The position numbers and the translations under genes are program-made. From Planctomycetota bacterium (GTDB lineage: Bacteria > Planctomycetota > JAJSAM01 > JAJVHW01): DNA of 64,000 nt. The notes under the pieces are model-generated. The model ran no database searches. It saw only the letters and a program-made list of their open reading frames with translations, and was not told the origin of the DNA. Shown here one piece after another: positions 9,161 through 18,876 of the stretch. Numbering within the stretch: position 1 is the stretch's first letter; every line of letters begins with the position of its first letter. Location of the stretch: the NCBI GenBank assembly GCA_965248445.1, contig CBDFJG010000004.1, forward strand, positions 128,001 through 192,000, written 5' to 3'.

Positions 9161-9484
9161 TCAGGAGGCTCCGCCCGCCGGCGCGGCCAGGCAGGCGCGC
9201 AACTCGTCGCGCACCGCGGTCTCGATCGCGCCGCGGAACATCATCGCGGTGAGAGGCACGTTCACGCGGACGCGAACGTCACGGTCGGAGACGTCCGTCT
9301 CGCCCTTGACCTGCGCCCCCATGATCTTGAAGGACAGTCCGCCGCCGTGTCCACTCCACCACTCGTCCACGTCGCTCATCTTGTCGCCGTAGCGGACCCG
9401 CATCTGTTGCACCAGGTTGCGGACGCGGGCGGACGCCTCGTCAGCGCCAAGGTCATGCTGCTCGCTGATCTCGATCTTCGGCAT
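9161..9484 (-). CDS. Polyhydroxyalkanoic acid system protein (PHA_gran_rgn-like)
   Basis: MPKIEISEQHDLGADEA... W...LSF...G..VKG...V...VRV.V.P...F.G.IE pattern, about 107 aa. Confidence 0.7.
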   Translation of the reverse strand: MPKIEISEQHDLGADEASARVRNLVQQMRVRYGDKMSDVDEWWSGHGGGLSFKIMGAQVKGETDVSDRDVRVRVNVPLTAMMFRGAIETAVRDELRACLAAPAGGAS

Positions 9485-9618
9485 CGGCGGGAGAGTAGCT
9501 GTCGCCCGCCGGAGGTCGCAGCCTTCACACCAGGCCCGCATCGGCGATACTGGACGGACCGAGGTTCGGTCGGGGGACTGTCGCTCGGTTGTCCAGGCCC
9601 CATTCGCGAGGATTCCGC

Positions 9619-11214
9619 GTGCCCACGCTGCGAGTAGCTGCGCTGATTGCCGTGGGACTTGGGTGCCTCGCCCTGCCCTCGTCCGGCGGAGCGGCGCGCG
9701 CGGAGGTCCGTCGCAGCGAGCCGTTCGTCAAGTCCGTGAACGAGGCGATCCAGCGCGGAGCGGCCTGGCTCCTCACGCAGCAGGCGTCGAACGGCGCGTG
9801 GACGTCGGGCTACGACACCTCGTACCCCGCGGCCACAACGGCGCTCTGCTACCACACGCTGCGAGTCTGCGGCGTCCCGCGGAACGACCCGCAGATGGAG
9901 ACGGCCTACGCGAAGTTGCGCGAGCAGTACGCAACCGCCGTTCGCAGGAGCCAGTTGCGCACGTACACGGCCGCCGTCGTCATGATGGCTGTCGAGGATC
10001 ACGCCCGCGGAGACCTGATCGGAAGCGCCGTCGCGGACGAGCGCGACCCCGAACGCAGGAAGTCCGCCGACGCGGATCGCGAGTGGATGGAGGAACTCGT
10101 CCAGTTCCTCCGGGTCAACCAGCGGCGGGACGGTGTCTGGCACTACGGGATCGTCGGCCTGCGGAAGCAGCGCAACCGCGGCGGGTACGACCACAGCAAC
10201 ACGCAGTACGCGCTGCTCGGCCTCAAGGCCGCTCGCCGCATGGGCGTGCACGTCGATCCCGTCATCTTCCGCAGGACGCTGGACCACCTGATCAAGGCGC
10301 AGGAGAAGCGTGGTCCACGCGTCGCCCGCTACGACGGACGCAGTCCGCAGCGCTCGCGGAGCATGACCTACGACCACGCGCGCGGCTGGGGGTACACGGA
10401 CCTGCCCAAGCCCAAGGGCGGCGGCGCGTACGGCTCGATGACTGCCGGATCACTCGGCGCGCTCGTCATCTGCCGGAGCGAGTTGATCGGCACGAAGGGG
10501 TACTCCGACCACGTGGACGAGTCCGCCGAAGGGTCCATCTGGAACGGGCTCGCATGGCTCGGGAAGAACTTCTCCGTCAAGGGCAACCCGAAGACGGGTG
10601 GCTGGCACTACTACTACCTCTACGCGCTCGAGCGCGCGGGCGTGCTGGCCGGTGTCGACTACATGGGACGACACGACTGGTACGGAGAGGGCGCGAAGTT
10701 CCTCCTCGATCAGCAAGGCCCGCGCGGGTCGTGGAACGAGGGCGGCGGCCGGGAACTCGCGACCTGCTTCGCGCTGCTGTTCCTGAAGCGCGGAACCATC
10801 CCGGTGCGGCGTGGCGCGGTCACACCGTCGGTCGAGGAGAACCCCGACCTGTTCAAGGACGCTGCGACTCTACGCGGCAAGGACTTCGACGACTTCATGG
10901 ACCTGATCGTCGCGCGGTACGCGCGCACGACGTCGGATCAGACGAAGGCGTCGTTCGTCAAGGGCCTCATCGGCCTCGGGGAGAAGGTCATCCCCGCGCT
11001 CCTCAAGCGCATGGGCGCCGGCCGCCCGAACGTCCGGCACGCGGCGAAGGAAATGCTTCTCGGTGCCACCGGTCTCACGCTGCCGTTCGATCCCGACGGA
11101 AAGCCCGAGCAGCGGATGGACGCCCTCCTCGCCTTCGAGGTCTGGTACATGGAGAACAAGCTCCGCATCCGGAAGGACCCGAAGACGGGGCTCCTCGCGC
11201 CGCAGCCGGACTGA
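9619..11214 (+). CDS. Secreted prenyltransferase/squalene-cyclase-like repeat protein
   Basis: Signal peptide; QW-like repeats (WLLTQQASNGAW, NQRRDGVWHY, DHSNTQYALLGL, YYYLYALERAG, LLDQQGPRGSW); start approximate. Confidence 0.8.
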   Translation: MPTLRVAALIAVGLGCLALPSSGGAARAEVRRSEPFVKSVNEAIQRGAAWLLTQQASNGAWTSGYDTSYPAATTALCYHTLRVCGVPRNDPQMETAYAKLREQYATAVRRSQLRTYTAAVVMMAVEDHARGDLIGSAVADERDPERRKSADADREWMEELVQFLRVNQRRDGVWHYGIVGLRKQRNRGGYDHSNTQYALLGLKAARRMGVHVDPVIFRRTLDHLIKAQEKRGPRVARYDGRSPQRSRSMTYDHARGWGYTDLPKPKGGGAYGSMTAGSLGALVICRSELIGTKGYSDHVDESAEGSIWNGLAWLGKNFSVKGNPKTGGWHYYYLYALERAGVLAGVDYMGRHDWYGEGAKFLLDQQGPRGSWNEGGGRELATCFALLFLKRGTIPVRRGAVTPSVEENPDLFKDAATLRGKDFDDFMDLIVARYARTTSDQTKASFVKGLIGLGEKVIPALLKRMGAGRPNVRHAAKEMLLGATGLTLPFDPDGKPEQRMDALLAFEVWYMENKLRIRKDPKTGLLAPQPD

Positions 11215-11237
11215 CGCCGCGCCACCCGCCCAGAACC

Positions 11238-13115
11238 GTGTCGACGCGCCGGCCCCTGCTGATCGCACTGATGCTGGTGCTCGCCCTGGCGGGCGCCGCA
11301 GTCGTGATGTCCACGACACTCCCTGATCGCGACGAGAGCACGGGCGGGGGCGCGGACGCGGGCGATGACACGACCTCCGGCACCACGATCCAGGCACCCG
11401 CTATCGGCGATGCGGGATCCGAAGACTTGGTCCGGCAGCGGAACCGGGTGACACGACCGCGCGATGAAGCGGGGCCTCCCGGTCAGCCGACCGGAGGCGC
11501 ACCGCTCCCCGGCGACCACGCAGGATTGGGTGAGACGCTCGCCGCGGAACTCGCGCGGTTCGAGGTCGAGAAGCACCGCGACGACGCCCACCGGCGGCTG
11601 ACGACCGTGACTTGGCGCCCGACGAGCGACATCGACTCGTACGATCCCAATTCCGGAGCTGAAGTCGTGCTGGTCTCGGGGTACCTGGACTACGAACTCG
11701 TGCTTCTGCTACGGACGGACGAAGGCGTGCTCGGCGCGCGCATCCGCCAGCCGCGGCGAGCGCGCGGGACGCCGGGCGCGACCCGAGTGACCTATCTGAG
11801 CGTTTCGGCCGGCCGCTTCGACGAGGCGTGGCGGGCCGCGTCTCTCATCCGGACGGCTGCCGCACAGCGACGCGAACCCGTCGACCGCGGCCCACTGGGA
11901 GGACGCCGGATTGTCGGGAGTCATGCGCCCCATCACGTCGTCGCGATGCGCACTCACGGCGGGGAATCCGAGTGGCTACACCGCGGCGCCGCGCGCGGAC
12001 GCACGTTCCGGTCCGGCGTGCGCGCGTGGAGCGAAATACAGAACGAGGCGATCTTCTCGCTACTGACTGACTGCATCCGATCCTCGGAGATGGACGATGG
12101 CCCACTGTCCCTTCGTGTGCGGGACTGGGTTGCCGGGCTGATCGACGACGCCACCAAGTCGGTCGCCGCCGATACGCCATCCTTCGGGCACGTGGCACTC
12201 ACGGCGATGCTGCGCGCACTGGGGGATATCGGAACCGAAGACCACGTGGCCACGATCGAAGCGTTGCGTGCGGCCATGGAGGCGCACCCCAACGTGAACC
12301 GGTGGACGACGATCGTGGACGAAGCGCGTGTCGCCCTGTTCAAGATTCGCGCCCGTGTATCGCTCGATCAGATCGCCGCGCGCGAGGTGATCGGGTCCGC
12401 GGACGACGGCGTCTGGCAGCGCGATCTGGCGCGCTGGACGGCAGCGCTGCTACTTGCACGGGAGCCGGAGAAATACCGCGGGGCACTCCAAGAGCTCACC
12501 CGTGACCCGCGCGTGAGCGTCGCACAGTCCGCTCTTCTGTCTCTGTTGAAGCACTTCCCGGAATCGTTCGGCGACACGCTACCGGGGATGCTCGACCACG
12601 CCAGTCCGGTGGTGGCGTTGATGGCTGCCAAGGCCATGCTCTCCCGGCAGCCGGGGGACCAGCGCGCCGTCGCCGCATTGATGCGTCTGGCCGAGGACGC
12701 GAACTACCGCCCGGCGCCGACGCAATCGTTCGACCAGTGCCCTCGCGCGCACTCGGTGCGCGAGCTGGTGCAGCACGGCATATGGGAGGACGAGGCATTG
12801 CGGCACGCGTTCCGGCGCGCCGGTGAGGACGCCCGCATGGTGACTCTGAGCATCCTGCAGATCGAGAAGCGCGGCGGGCGCGTGGAGGAGCAGACGTGCG
12901 TCGCGGCGTACCGGCTCGCGCTCGATTCGCCGCGGGACCAAGGGACACTCGAGGCGGTCGAGCGCCTGATTGGATTCGGCGACACGGGAAGCTATGCCCG
13001 TCTGCGGGGCATCCTGGATGAACTGGAGCGCGACGTTCCTTCGGGTGAGCCGGACCCCCTGCTGCGCCGCGACCGCGAGCGCATCTCCTGGCTGCGCGGC
13101 CGACTGAACGAGTAG
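11238..13115 (+). CDS. Hypothetical membrane-anchored protein with HEAT-like repeats
   Basis: N-terminal hydrophobic helix; C-terminal LxxLxxDPxxxV-type repeats; ORF-track N-terminal extension is a shadow frame. Confidence 0.6.
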   Translation: MSTRRPLLIALMLVLALAGAAVVMSTTLPDRDESTGGGADAGDDTTSGTTIQAPAIGDAGSEDLVRQRNRVTRPRDEAGPPGQPTGGAPLPGDHAGLGETLAAELARFEVEKHRDDAHRRLTTVTWRPTSDIDSYDPNSGAEVVLVSGYLDYELVLLLRTDEGVLGARIRQPRRARGTPGATRVTYLSVSAGRFDEAWRAASLIRTAAAQRREPVDRGPLGGRRIVGSHAPHHVVAMRTHGGESEWLHRGAARGRTFRSGVRAWSEIQNEAIFSLLTDCIRSSEMDDGPLSLRVRDWVAGLIDDATKSVAADTPSFGHVALTAMLRALGDIGTEDHVATIEALRAAMEAHPNVNRWTTIVDEARVALFKIRARVSLDQIAAREVIGSADDGVWQRDLARWTAALLLAREPEKYRGALQELTRDPRVSVAQSALLSLLKHFPESFGDTLPGMLDHASPVVALMAAKAMLSRQPGDQRAVAALMRLAEDANYRPAPTQSFDQCPRAHSVRELVQHGIWEDEALRHAFRRAGEDARMVTLSILQIEKRGGRVEEQTCVAAYRLALDSPRDQGTLEAVERLIGFGDTGSYARLRGILDELERDVPSGEPDPLLRRDRERISWLRGRLNE

Positions 13116-13119
13116 GCGC

Positions 13120-13815
13120 CTAGTCCGCGCGCCAGTCCGGCTCCGCGTCAGTCAGGTCCACGGCGCGGGAGACCCTCTCGGACAACGCCGCGAGGTAGCG
13201 CTCCCGCGGCCACTCGACGGCGCCGATCGACTCGAGGTGCGTCGTCATCATCTGTACGTCGACCAGATCGACGCCCGATCGCTCGAGCGTCCTCACCAGC
13301 GCGACGACCGCGGCCTTCGACGCATCCCTCTCGCGGTGGAACATGCTCTCGGCCGCGAACACCCCGCCGCGGTGCACGCCGTAGGTGCCGCCGACGATGC
13401 GGTCGCCGACCCACACTTCCAGACTGTGTGCGTGGCCCAGTTCGAACAGACGCACGTACGCGGACAGCATCTCGTCCGTGATCCACGTGCCCTCCGGCCG
13501 CATCGCGCCGCACTCGGTCATCACTTCTGCGAACGCGAAGTCCCAAGTGAAGCGGAAGCGGCCTTGCTTCAGCCGCCGCTCGAGCCGTCGCGAGACGTGC
13601 AGCGTCTCCACCGTGATCACCGCGCGCGGGTCCGGCGACCACCAGATCGGCGGTAACTCCCCCTCGAACCACGGGAAGATGCCGCGGTCGTATGCGTGCA
13701 GCAATCGCGTGGCGGAGAGGTCCGCGCCGAGCGCCACGACGCCGTCCTCGTCGGCCATCTGCGGGTCCGGGAACCAGACCGGCGCGCCGGGCAGCAGGAA
13801 GGCCGGGACGTGCAT
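13120..13815 (-). CDS. aat: Leucyl/phenylalanyl-tRNA--protein transferase
   Basis: FPDP, AYDRGIFPW, WWSPDPRAV, TWIT, GHAHSLEVW, GG.YGV..G..F.AESMFH, ASKAA. Confidence 0.95.
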   Translation of the reverse strand: MHVPAFLLPGAPVWFPDPQMADEDGVVALGADLSATRLLHAYDRGIFPWFEGELPPIWWSPDPRAVITVETLHVSRRLERRLKQGRFRFTWDFAFAEVMTECGAMRPEGTWITDEMLSAYVRLFELGHAHSLEVWVGDRIVGGTYGVHRGGVFAAESMFHRERDASKAAVVALVRTLERSGVDLVDVQMMTTHLESIGAVEWPRERYLAALSERVSRAVDLTDAEPDWRAD

Positions 13816-13927
13816 GCCTACGAGCCTACGAGAAGGCACCGGCCTCCCCGGGGTTGGTTTTTCGGCGGTTGGTTTCGCGCCGACCGGGGCGTTCAGGCGT
13901 CTCGGGCTCGATCCCGATGAGGAAGAC

Positions 13928-14968
13928 GTGACCCGCACCAAGAACCGTGTCGACGAGTTCCTGCACACGTTGCAGGCCGAGCCGGCGCCTGCAGCGGCTC
14001 CCGGCGAGCAGGCCGTTCCCTCGCGCGAGCGCATGCCGCTGCGGAACTTCCATCCGGTCTCCCAGACGAACGCTCACGGCAAGGGCGCGATCTTCTTCGG
14101 GTTGGTGTTCGCCGGCATGGGCTCGGTCCCGTTGCTTGCGGCGCTGGACGTGATTCACGCCCCGGACTCGTCGTTCAACGTGCCGCGCTGGGCGGTCGCT
14201 GCGATGGTCTCGCTCTTCTTCGTCCTGCCGGGGATCCTGCTCGTGGTGCACGGGATACGCGGCGTCCTGCGCAATCGCAGGCGGCGCAACCTGCTCTACT
14301 CCCACCCAGACCAACCGTGGCGCGGTGACCATCGCTGGAACCCGGACGGCGAAACACGGACCGGGTGGCGCGCCGTGCGAGCGTGCGTACTCCAGGTGAT
14401 CGCGTTCTCGTTGTTCCTCGCGCCGTTCCATTACCTGGCTCTCCGCGAGGAGGGCGAGTGGTTCTTCCTCATCTTCATCGGGCTGTTCGACCTGGTGATC
14501 CTCGGACTCGCCGTCTACGGCGGATTGCTCGTCGCGCGCGCCGTTCGCTACGGACGAACGCGTCTCGTCTACGAGCAGTTCCCCGTGCATCCCGGTCAAA
14601 CCCTCTCCCTACGTTTCGAGATGTCGCGGCCACGGCCGTTCGACCGTCTGCTCTTCAGGCTGGTCGCCGTCGAGGAGGAGTACCAGCAGAGCGACGAGAG
14701 CACGCGCATCGTCCCGTACCGAACACTCGAGATGGCGCGCGAGGTCCCCGGCTCCGACGCCGGACCGGACGGCTCCGGAGGGGTCCGTATCCAGTTCGAG
14801 ATCCCCGCCGACGCACCCGGTACGTCCCTGACGGACCGGCCTCCGCACTACTGGTCACTGGTGGTGCACGGCGACACACCGGGCGCCGACTATCACGAGC
14901 AGTTCCTCGTGCCCATCTACGAGCGGTTCGCAGCCTCTGAATTCGACGTTGGGGAAGCGTTCGCCTAG
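13928..14968 (+). CDS. Hypothetical membrane protein (about 4 TM helices plus C-terminal beta domain)
   Basis: Hydrophobic segments, GC3-rich codons, GAGGA upstream of GTG. Confidence 0.65.
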   Translation: MTRTKNRVDEFLHTLQAEPAPAAAPGEQAVPSRERMPLRNFHPVSQTNAHGKGAIFFGLVFAGMGSVPLLAALDVIHAPDSSFNVPRWAVAAMVSLFFVLPGILLVVHGIRGVLRNRRRRNLLYSHPDQPWRGDHRWNPDGETRTGWRAVRACVLQVIAFSLFLAPFHYLALREEGEWFFLIFIGLFDLVILGLAVYGGLLVARAVRYGRTRLVYEQFPVHPGQTLSLRFEMSRPRPFDRLLFRLVAVEEEYQQSDESTRIVPYRTLEMAREVPGSDAGPDGSGGVRIQFEIPADAPGTSLTDRPPHYWSLVVHGDTPGADYHEQFLVPIYERFAASEFDVGEAFA

Positions 14969-14996
14969 TGCGCCTCGGGGTGCGATCCTCCGCGCC

Positions 14997-15638
14997 ATGG
15001 AGGAACGCCTCGACGACCTGCGGTGGGACTATGGCGCCAAGCGTCTGCGCCGGGACGACCTGCCGAAGGAGCCGCTCACGCTCTTCAACGCGTGGATGGC
15101 GGACGCTCTGCGCATCGAGGAGCGCGAGCCCAACGCGATGGCGCTCGCGACCGCAACCGCTGACGGGCGCCCGTCCTGCCGCATCGTGCTTCTCAAGGAC
15201 GTGTCCGCGCGTGGGTTCGTCTTCTACACCTGCTACACGAGCCGCAAGGGGCGTGAGATCGAGTCGACCCGCCGCGCCGCGGGCACGTTCTGGTGGGCCC
15301 GCACCGAGCGGCAGGTCCGCGTGGAGGGCGCGGTCGAGCGAGTGGAGGAAGAGGTGTCGGACGCGTACTTCGACACGCGCCCGCTCGACGCCCGTCTCGC
15401 CGCCGCCGTCTCGCCGCAGAGCGATCCGGTGGACTCCCGGGAGCGACTGGAGGCGCAGATCGAGCTGCTGCGCAGCGCGCACCCCGACGGCGACGTGCCT
15501 CGCCCCGAGACCTGGGGCGGTTACCGCCTCGTGCCCGACCACATCGAGTTCTGGCAGGGCGGGCCGTCGCGCTTGCACGACCGCTACGCGTACGACCTCG
15601 ACGACGGCGACTGGTCGATCACCAGACTGGGTCCGTGA
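14997..15638 (+). CDS. pdxH: Pyridoxamine 5'-phosphate oxidase
   Basis: EPNAMALAT, RIVLLK, FVFYT..SRKG, RQVRVEG, WGGYRL.P..IEFWQG..SRLHDR. Confidence 0.97.
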   Translation: MEERLDDLRWDYGAKRLRRDDLPKEPLTLFNAWMADALRIEEREPNAMALATATADGRPSCRIVLLKDVSARGFVFYTCYTSRKGREIESTRRAAGTFWWARTERQVRVEGAVERVEEEVSDAYFDTRPLDARLAAAVSPQSDPVDSRERLEAQIELLRSAHPDGDVPRPETWGGYRLVPDHIEFWQGGPSRLHDRYAYDLDDGDWSITRLGP

Positions 15639-15639
15639 G

Positions 15640-17211
15640 CTGAGCGGAAGTGAAGCACCCCTCCCGGCGTCGCGACGTCCCGACAACTGGGTGACCGACA
15701 TCGCGTCGGCGCTGGCCGCCGCCGTCCGGCGCGCGCCGTTCTGGACGCTCGGGGCCGTCGTCGTTGCGCTGATGCTCGCGGTGATCGGGGAGTCCTTCAA
15801 CGCGTTCTGCGTCGCGAGTGCTGCCGGCGGCGTGCTGGCCGCCGCATTCGTCGCACGTCCGGGGCGACAGATCGCATGGATGGGACTGGCAGGCACTCTG
15901 GTCTGCGGTGTCAGCCTCGTCGCAGCTCTGGCGCTGGACCAGGCGGGAGCGCTCGAGTTCCCATTCGTTCAGGTTGCGCTCGCCGGGCTCGCTGTCAGCG
16001 GGGCCGTCGGTGTGTCCGCGCTGGCGCGGGCGGCGGCGACACGCGGCACGCTGCACGACATCGTCGGCGTGCTTGTCGTGTCGTTCCTCGCCGCCCACGC
16101 GACCGTGGTGTGGATCTCAGAGAGCCAGAGCTTTGGCGTCGACGGACTGGCGGGGTCGCTGCTCTTGGGCGTCACCTGGTTGGGCACGTGCGGTGTTGCA
16201 CTGCTCGTCGTGCTGGACGGAACGTGGCTGCGCTGGCTCGCCTATCCGCTCGCGGGGTACGCGCTGCACAAGCTGGGCAGCTTCGACGCGCCGGCAATCG
16301 CGGGTTCGATCGCGCTGGCGATCGTCGGCGGCCGGGCCGCCCGCGTCGCGCGGCTCGAACGGCCGAGGTTCGATGACGCCGTCGCTTCGCTCGCGTCCCG
16401 CGTGGCGTGTCGCCCGTGGCGCACCGTGCTGTCGGTCGCGCTCGTCAGCCTGTGCGTCTGGTATTCGCTCGTAGACCTCGGCGCCGCCGCCGCGATGGAG
16501 CTCTGGCGCCATGACGGTCGCACTGATTCTAGCCTGGTGGACGTGTGGGTCGTCTACGGAGCACTGCCGTCCCCGTTCCTCGCGGCGGCGTTGGTCATGC
16601 AGGCCGCGCTGGAGCGCTCGTCGCAACTCGTCGAGCGGCTCGTGCCGTGGATCGCATTCTGCGTCGGCGCCGCGGCGTTCTCGTTCTGGATCCCGGACGT
16701 GCAGGAGTTCTTGGGGATCGGCGACGACGTCGCCGTCAACCATCGGACGTGGATGGTGCCAATCGCATTCGCGGCGCTCGTCCCCGGAGCGCTCGTGGCG
16801 TCGCGCCCACCGCATGGGCGAGTCGGGCTTCTCGAGTGCGCGCTGCTCGTCATGACGGTGGTGGCCATCGTCAAGATCGGGTTCGCCGCGCACATGTTCG
16901 AGGACACGCAGGCGTTCCAGGTCCTGTACTACGTCGGCCTGCTGGCGGTCGCGGCGTGGTTCGCCCTGATCACGCGGACCGCGGCCACACTCATGAGCGT
17001 CCAGTGGATGTGGTTCTTCGCACTGCTGACGACCGCGGCCATCACGGCGGGTCTCACGATCTTCGTCGATGACACACGCCTCATCGTGGTCGTCGGCGGA
17101 TACGTCGGGCTTTACGCGGCTACCGGCGTCTGTGCCACGGTTCTGACACGGCGGCTGCGCTGCCTGACACCTCTCTCGGCCGACCACCCTGCGCGGCTCC
17201 TGCCCGAGTAG
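15640..17211 (+). CDS. Polytopic membrane protein, tandem paralog 1 (start uncertain: CTG 15640 or GTG 15691)
   Basis: Many TM segments; shares PD(N/S)W.(T/S)D.A, D.A.A.L..R...RP.R and PL..DH motifs with the next two genes. Confidence 0.75.
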   Translation: MSGSEAPLPASRRPDNWVTDIASALAAAVRRAPFWTLGAVVVALMLAVIGESFNAFCVASAAGGVLAAAFVARPGRQIAWMGLAGTLVCGVSLVAALALDQAGALEFPFVQVALAGLAVSGAVGVSALARAAATRGTLHDIVGVLVVSFLAAHATVVWISESQSFGVDGLAGSLLLGVTWLGTCGVALLVVLDGTWLRWLAYPLAGYALHKLGSFDAPAIAGSIALAIVGGRAARVARLERPRFDDAVASLASRVACRPWRTVLSVALVSLCVWYSLVDLGAAAAMELWRHDGRTDSSLVDVWVVYGALPSPFLAAALVMQAALERSSQLVERLVPWIAFCVGAAAFSFWIPDVQEFLGIGDDVAVNHRTWMVPIAFAALVPGALVASRPPHGRVGLLECALLVMTVVAIVKIGFAAHMFEDTQAFQVLYYVGLLAVAAWFALITRTAATLMSVQWMWFFALLTTAAITAGLTIFVDDTRLIVVVGGYVGLYAATGVCATVLTRRLRCLTPLSADHPARLLPE

Positions 17212-17220
17212 TCTCGACGG

Positions 17221-18876
17221 ATGGGAGCAGTGCAGGACGAGGCCGACCGACGACTCCCGGACTCGTGGCTGAGCGATCTGGCGATCCTGTTCGCCGCCGC
17301 GCTGCGCCGCACTCCACGTCGCATCCTGGCGTGCATGGCCATCACGCTCGTGGTGTTCCTCATCGCTCCATTCGATTTCGTGATCCCGCTGGCGGTGGCG
17401 TTCGGCGTGATCGCTGGAACGCTCGAGACCTCCCGCCCCGCGGGCGGAGCCTTCCCGACGTGGCTCGCGGCAGCGCTCGGGTTCGCAAGCCTCGTGGCGA
17501 TCCTGACCTACGACCAGATCACGGTTCTCCGCTTCGACACAGACCGCGGGAGCTGGTTCAGCTTCATCAACAGCTCGCTCGAATCAGAGTTGCACGCGCA
17601 GGTGATTGGACTCCCCGGGCGCATCGCCACGCTGTCCGCGGTGGCCGTGCTGGCCGCGGTGCTGGTACGTGTCGCGCCGCGCGTGGGGCGCCGCGCGACA
17701 ATCGCATGCGGCGTCGTCGCGCTGCTCGTCGCGCTGGCGGGAATCGTCTACGGCTTCACTCTGGAGATCCCCTTCGTCGGCGACATCCCACTGGTCCATG
17801 GAGCGTCGCTCACCGCGTCCGTGATCCTCGTGGTCCTGGGGGCGCGACTCGCGGGAACGCGCTGGATCGCAGTCATCTCCGTCCTCGCCGTCGCTTCGGC
17901 CGTGGGGTTCAACTACTTCTCGACGCTCTTGATCGGGATCGTCGCGACGGCGCCGATCGCAGGTCGGACGAGTGCTGCTTTGGTGGCCGGTGCGAACGAC
18001 CGCTCCGCGGACGCGGCAGCAGCGAGACTCACCGCACGATTCGCCCGCCGGCCCCTCCGGACCAGTGCCGTCGCGTACCTGTGCGTCGCGGCCATCTCCT
18101 GGTTCCTGGATTGGGCCGCGGTTCTGACGGCGCTCTGGCTGTCGAAGGACTGGGGCTCGGACGAGGGATCCAGCTTCGCCGCGCTCTCCGTGGTCGTGCC
18201 CCCGATCTGGCAGACCGCGATCGTAATCGGCGCACTCGGTGCGTTGCACGCGAAGGGACTGGCCACGCAGCTGGGCGCCGTCTGCCTGTGGATCGTCTTG
18301 CCGTTCGTGCTCGGCTTCGCGTTCTTCTCGATCATCGCGCTGCGCAACGACCCGACCGTCCGGGGTCCGGCGGCGCTCGCGTACATGCCGATGTTCTATC
18401 CCTTCGCGCTCGCGACACTCGCCGGCGTGGCGGTCTCGATCAACGCCCCAAGAGTGATCCGCAACGCGCTCGTGTGCGCCGCCTCGGCAATGTGCCTGCT
18501 TGCTCCGTGGGCTATCGCGTACACACCCGGTGCCGACGAGTTCCTGGGAGCCCAACTGGAGGGAGACGGCCACCTGGCGGTCACGGCCGCGTCGATGCCG
18601 TTCCTCTTCGTGACGGGCGCGCTCGCGACGATGCGGCGCCCACGCGGCACGACGCTCGCGCTGCTCGCAGCCCTGCTCCTGGTCTCGCTCCTCGCGCTGA
18701 TCCCGCGGCCTGAGGACGATCTCATGCACTTCGCACATGTGCTGCCGGAGGTCCTCGCCGCCGGCGTGGCGATCGTCGCGATCCTGATCGCCCGCCGCCT
18801 GCACGGTGTCTCCCCGCTCCCCGACGACCACGCGGTGTTCGTCCTGCGACGTGAGCGTGACGGCGTGACGGCGTGA
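17221..18876 (+). CDS. Polytopic membrane protein, tandem paralog 2
   Basis: LPDSWLSDLAILFAAALRR ... SPLPDDHAVFVL. Confidence 0.8.
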   Translation: MGAVQDEADRRLPDSWLSDLAILFAAALRRTPRRILACMAITLVVFLIAPFDFVIPLAVAFGVIAGTLETSRPAGGAFPTWLAAALGFASLVAILTYDQITVLRFDTDRGSWFSFINSSLESELHAQVIGLPGRIATLSAVAVLAAVLVRVAPRVGRRATIACGVVALLVALAGIVYGFTLEIPFVGDIPLVHGASLTASVILVVLGARLAGTRWIAVISVLAVASAVGFNYFSTLLIGIVATAPIAGRTSAALVAGANDRSADAAAARLTARFARRPLRTSAVAYLCVAAISWFLDWAAVLTALWLSKDWGSDEGSSFAALSVVVPPIWQTAIVIGALGALHAKGLATQLGAVCLWIVLPFVLGFAFFSIIALRNDPTVRGPAALAYMPMFYPFALATLAGVAVSINAPRVIRNALVCAASAMCLLAPWAIAYTPGADEFLGAQLEGDGHLAVTAASMPFLFVTGALATMRRPRGTTLALLAALLLVSLLALIPRPEDDLMHFAHVLPEVLAAGVAIVAILIARRLHGVSPLPDDHAVFVLRRERDGVTA